Source: Candidatus Magasanikiibacteriota bacterium
GTDB lineage: Bacteria > Patescibacteriota > Patescibacteriia > Magasanikbacterales > GWA2-37-8
Length of the DNA: 64,000 nucleotides
Assembly: GCA_963802255.1 (NCBI GenBank)
Contig: CAWDHY010000001.1
Location: 555,842-619,841, forward strand
Direction of reading: 5' to 3'
Below, piece by piece: positions 61,023 through 64,000 of this stretch. Every line of letters starts with the position of its first letter. Within the stretch, counting starts at the first letter, position 1. The notes beneath the pieces are model-generated. The model searched no databases. It worked only from the letters and a program-made list of their open reading frames with translations, and was not told the origin of the DNA. A program made the translations under genes and the position numbers.

Positions 61023-61110
61023 AAATTATGTGTATTTCGCCGTTGATAAATATAGTATCCGCGTATTTTTTCACAGAACTGCTTTCCATCTCACGGGGTA
61101 TAAATATATT

Positions 61111-61377
61111 TTATCTGAATAACCTTGCCCTTGGCAAATTCTTAATCAACTTCAACTTCTCCCCTCTGGTCAAATTCTTTATTTTGTTCTCCGCTTTGGA
61201 AGCCAGTGACCGGTTGCGGAATTTTTTTGAATATACAAGCTTGACCGGCCGGCGCGTCCGTGTGTACTTTGCGCCGAGTTTGGACGAGTTATGTTCTCTC
61301 AGCCGGCGCTCCAAATCAACCGTAATGCCGGTGTACAAGGTCTTGTCGGAACATTTTAAAATATATACGTAATACAT
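61111..61377 (-). CDS. GIY-YIG nuclease (UPF0213/YhbQ-like)
   Basis: YYVYILKCSD.TLYTGIT.DLERR..EHN..GAKYTR. Confidence 0.9.
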   Translation of the reverse strand: MYYVYILKCSDKTLYTGITVDLERRLREHNSSKLGAKYTRTRRPVKLVYSKKFRNRSLASKAENKIKNLTRGEKLKLIKNLPRARLFR

Positions 61378-61511
61378 TGATTAATTATACCGCTCCACAC
61401 CAGTCAAAGTCAAAATTTAATCTGCTCACATTGAAAATTTTAAAAGAAAGAGGTAAACAATCTCATATCAAAAAACCCCGGCGCTTAGCCAGGGTTTTAA
61501 AAAATTATTTT

Positions 61512-62057
61512 TTACTGTATCTGTATCAACTTCGCTTCCAATAATTTTTCATTATTTGGTGAGCCAAAAACTATAATATTTTGGCCAACTTGCAAAACGG
61601 ATAGACCAACTTCAGTTGATGAAGATATTATCACCGTATTAGCCTGAGATAAAATAATCTGTTCCTGCGCGGCGTTATTCATGATGGTAATCTGGTTTGC
61701 TTCAATCTTGGAAATATTGCCAAAAATTCTTTCCGGAGCCGGCGGTATCTCTTTACCGGCGTTGATTATCGTGGCAGTACCACCCTTCATTATTACGCCT
61801 CCGCCCTTTTCTTCACCAAAGCGATCTTGGTTGCCAATCTGACCGCACACCATTCCGCCGAACCTTGTATTTGACCCCCTAGCATCACGGCCGAGCTTAT
61901 AGCAAACAGTTATTGAAATAGCCAAAGCAAGCGCAATCATCACTAAAGCCAAAAATATCTTCAGTAGCAGATGTCCCCACGACAATTTGGTCCAGGAGCA
62001 TGAGCAATTGGTTCCGCACTTATGATTGGCGATCTTTTTTTCCCCCTTGTTTTCCAT
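61512..62057 (-). CDS. Hypothetical single-TM protein with C-terminal OB-like beta domain
   Basis: TM helix; IFGNISKIE...LQVGQNIIVFG...AKLIQI. Confidence 0.65.
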   Translation of the reverse strand: MENKGEKKIANHKCGTNCSCSWTKLSWGHLLLKIFLALVMIALALAISITVCYKLGRDARGSNTRFGGMVCGQIGNQDRFGEEKGGGVIMKGGTATIINAGKEIPPAPERIFGNISKIEANQITIMNNAAQEQIILSQANTVIISSSTEVGLSVLQVGQNIIVFGSPNNEKLLEAKLIQIQ

Positions 62058-62165
62058 AAAAATATGGTTAAAAAATAATACGATTAATTAATGCTGAAAA
62101 CTTATTAGCTTAAACGGCAAATACATTATAATACTTTTTTAATAATTTGACGAGTACGCTATTTT

Positions 62166-62387
62166 TTACAGATTCTCAATCTTCCTCAAATCTCTATCCG
62201 GCCAATATATCAATAAAAGGCCGATAACAATTCCACCCAGCGTGGACCAAATATGAGTTCCATCAAGAAAACGCATGTCAAACCAATCCAGCGCGTACCA
62301 GATGCCGCGCCAGACCAGCACAAAACCGATGACCGTAGAAATATTTTTTACAAAATACAAGGGCGATAATTTTTTTCTAAAACACAT
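62166..62387 (-). CDS. Small 2-TM membrane protein
   Basis: VLVWRGIW..LD motif, two hydrophobic helices. Confidence 0.65.
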   Translation of the reverse strand: MCFRKKLSPLYFVKNISTVIGFVLVWRGIWYALDWFDMRFLDGTHIWSTLGGIVIGLLLIYWPDRDLRKIENL

Positions 62388-62411
62388 ATATTAATTATTT
62401 AATATATTATA

Positions 62412-63095
62412 TTAAATATTATAAACCACATCTTTTCTTTCCACAACCACCTTCCAACCGGCTTTTTTTGCCGCCGCAAACAATTTTTTATTCGGATTAA
62501 AACAAATAGGGTTTTCCACCATTTTCAAAAAGGCGATATCAACTTCCGAATCGCCCACTCCAATTGAGCCGGCAAGGGTCAAATTTTCTTTTTTAATTGC
62601 CCGCTTCAAAATTTGTTCTTTGTCGCTAATAAGCTCTTCGCGCAAAATACGACCCGTATATTTTTTGTTTTTATCAACTTCAAAAACACGGCCATAAACT
62701 TTATCAAAACCCCACCCCAAACAAAACCGGCTGACCAATTCAAACGGCGAACCGGAAATTGCAAGTAAAAAATACTTTTGTTTTTTTAATTTTTTAATGA
62801 GTGCCCTGGTATGGCGATAAACCCGGTTTTTGTGGAATTTAGCAACGCTCTCCACAATTTTAATAAAATCATCCTGCTTGATGCGCTTGATGTGCTTTTC
62901 AAACGAGCTAACCACCGCTTTAAGATAATTTTCATAACTCCCCTTGCGGTCAGACCATTTTTTATACGCTCTTGCATATTCACCACGTGTTGACGGCGGA
63001 AACAAACCCTCCTGCACCAAAGCTTCGGTTACTTCAATCAACAAACTGGAACGAAATATCGTTCCGTCCACGTCAAAGATAGCAACTTTTTTCAT
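62412..63095 (-). CDS. HAD-IB family hydrolase (SerB-like)
   Basis: FDVDGT, ISGS, K, GDSEVD, NP. Confidence 0.9.
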   Translation of the reverse strand: MKKVAIFDVDGTIFRSSLLIEVTEALVQEGLFPPSTRGEYARAYKKWSDRKGSYENYLKAVVSSFEKHIKRIKQDDFIKIVESVAKFHKNRVYRHTRALIKKLKKQKYFLLAISGSPFELVSRFCLGWGFDKVYGRVFEVDKNKKYTGRILREELISDKEQILKRAIKKENLTLAGSIGVGDSEVDIAFLKMVENPICFNPNKKLFAAAKKAGWKVVVERKDVVYNI

Positions 63096-63121
63096 AAAGT
63101 TATCAATCTGCTTAATAAAAA

Positions 63122-63205
63122 CTATTTTTTGTCATGTTCGTGAATCACAGCCAGTATAATCACTACTGCGATAAGAACCAAGCTAATGAGGACAATAATT
63201 CCCAT
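63122..63205 (-). CDS. Putative 27-aa single-TM microprotein
   Basis: MGIIVLISLVLIAVVIILAVIHEHDKK* fills the arfB-HAD gap. Confidence 0.45.
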   Translation of the reverse strand: MGIIVLISLVLIAVVIILAVIHEHDKK

Positions 63206-63215
63206 ATTCCAAAAA

Positions 63216-63611
63216 TTATTCAATGTTACGTCTTAACGATTTCACCCGCGAACGCCGTATTTTAGATTCCAATCGGCGCAATTTGGACGCGCGGGTCGGC
63301 CTGGTCGGACGGCGTTTTTTTGGCACATGAAGAGCCCGGGCAACAAGCGCTTCCAGCCGGTCAACGGCCAGCGCCCGGTTTTGTGATTGTGTTCGCTCTT
63401 CTTCAGACACAACCACCACTTCATCTTTAGAATTTATCCGACTGGCCAGCTTCGCCCGCACTCTCGCTTTTTCTTCAAAAGATAAAACACGCGAACGCCC
63501 CAACGGCCAATGCACAGTCGCTTTGGTCGATGTCTTATTCACATTCTGCCCGCCTGCGCCGGATGAGCGGGAAAAAGTGATGCGGAGTTCATTGCCAGGT
63601 ATGTATATCAC
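63216..63611 (-). CDS. arfB: Alternative ribosome rescue factor ArfB (YaeJ)
   Basis: RSSGAGGQNVNKT, RTQSQNR, basic tail RRPTRPTRAS. Confidence 0.93.
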   Translation of the reverse strand: MIYIPGNELRITFSRSSGAGGQNVNKTSTKATVHWPLGRSRVLSFEEKARVRAKLASRINSKDEVVVVSEEERTQSQNRALAVDRLEALVARALHVPKKRRPTRPTRASKLRRLESKIRRSRVKSLRRNIE

Positions 63612-63617
63612 AATATT

Positions 63618-64000
63618 TTATCTGAATAACATCGTACCACCATCGTCTTTGATTGTCAGTACCAATTCGTTTTTATCATTAAATGAATAACCGTCCACAT
63701 CTTGAAGAAGCTGGGAAAATTGGGACTCCTGCGAACCCTCACAAAACATCAACGTGGAAATCATTTGGGTAAAAGTCAAAGCGCCGTCATCTGCTTCATA
63801 TTTAGCGCCCATGCCGTTGCAATCAGTGCCAATACCCACTTTACCGCCCTCTGTAAAAGATAAAGTAAAAACATCGCTTTTAGCCGTGACCACTGTTTCA
63901 TCGCCTAACTCCGCTTTTACCCAGGTCCACTTTTTCATTTCCAGAGTCATTTTGGCCAGAGGCGGCGTGGTCGTGTCTTCAGCCGGCGTGTCACGTCTTC
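63618..64000 (-). CDS. META-domain protein (partial, 5' end outside the window)
   Basis: GTDCN, STLMFC, Y..D..L.L; frame stays open to the window end. Confidence 0.8.
   Translation of the reverse strand, partial: RRDTPAEDTTTPPLAKMTLEMKKWTWVKAELGDETVVTAKSDVFTLSFTEGGKVGIGTDCNGMGAKYEADDGALTFTQMISTLMFCEGSQESQFSQLLQDVDGYSFNDKNELVLTIKDDGGTMLFR

Noticed and set aside
54443-64000. Integron cassette array
   Set aside because: No recognisable attC repeats or integrase; intergenic hairpins are ordinary, dissimilar terminators
1-64000. Alternative genetic code (UGA=Gly)
   Set aside because: Conserved genes translate full length in code 11 and several end at TGA

Overview
Chromosomal window of an AT-rich bacterium using the standard code 11. 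Gene content and style (GAGC-lipobox lipoproteins, short HrcA, Hsp20 inside the dnaK operon, SD-poor tightly packed genes) suggest a CPR/Patescibacteria (Parcubacteria-like) organism; this taxonomy is inference. Contents: a rearranged dcw region (mraZ-rsmH-ftsL, then a separately promoted operon of two small membrane proteins, a membrane-anchored degenerate Clp/Hsp100 ATPase and ftsW), murJ-lepA-recJ, a glycosylation cluster with an embedded PD-(D/E)XK nuclease, pyrG/rplI/era/ctpA/murA, a heat-shock operon (hrcA, NUDIX-GrpE fusion, hsp20, dnaK, dnaJ) with a variant CIRCE, a PPIase-pgsA-yidC-SPFH operon, gatC-gatA-double LOG-lgt-tRNA-Ser, a split sensor/7-PAS kinase/receiver signalling locus, and an accessory right end with orphan cassettes, lipoproteins, a DHCR24/BfaA-like oxidoreductase, an EgtD-like methyltransferase, a GIY-YIG nuclease and arfB. 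No CRISPR array, integrase, transposase or rRNA was seen. The best candidates for undescribed biology are the membrane-anchored pseudo-Clp module next to ftsW, the NUDIX-GrpE fusion and the split sensor-kinase pair.
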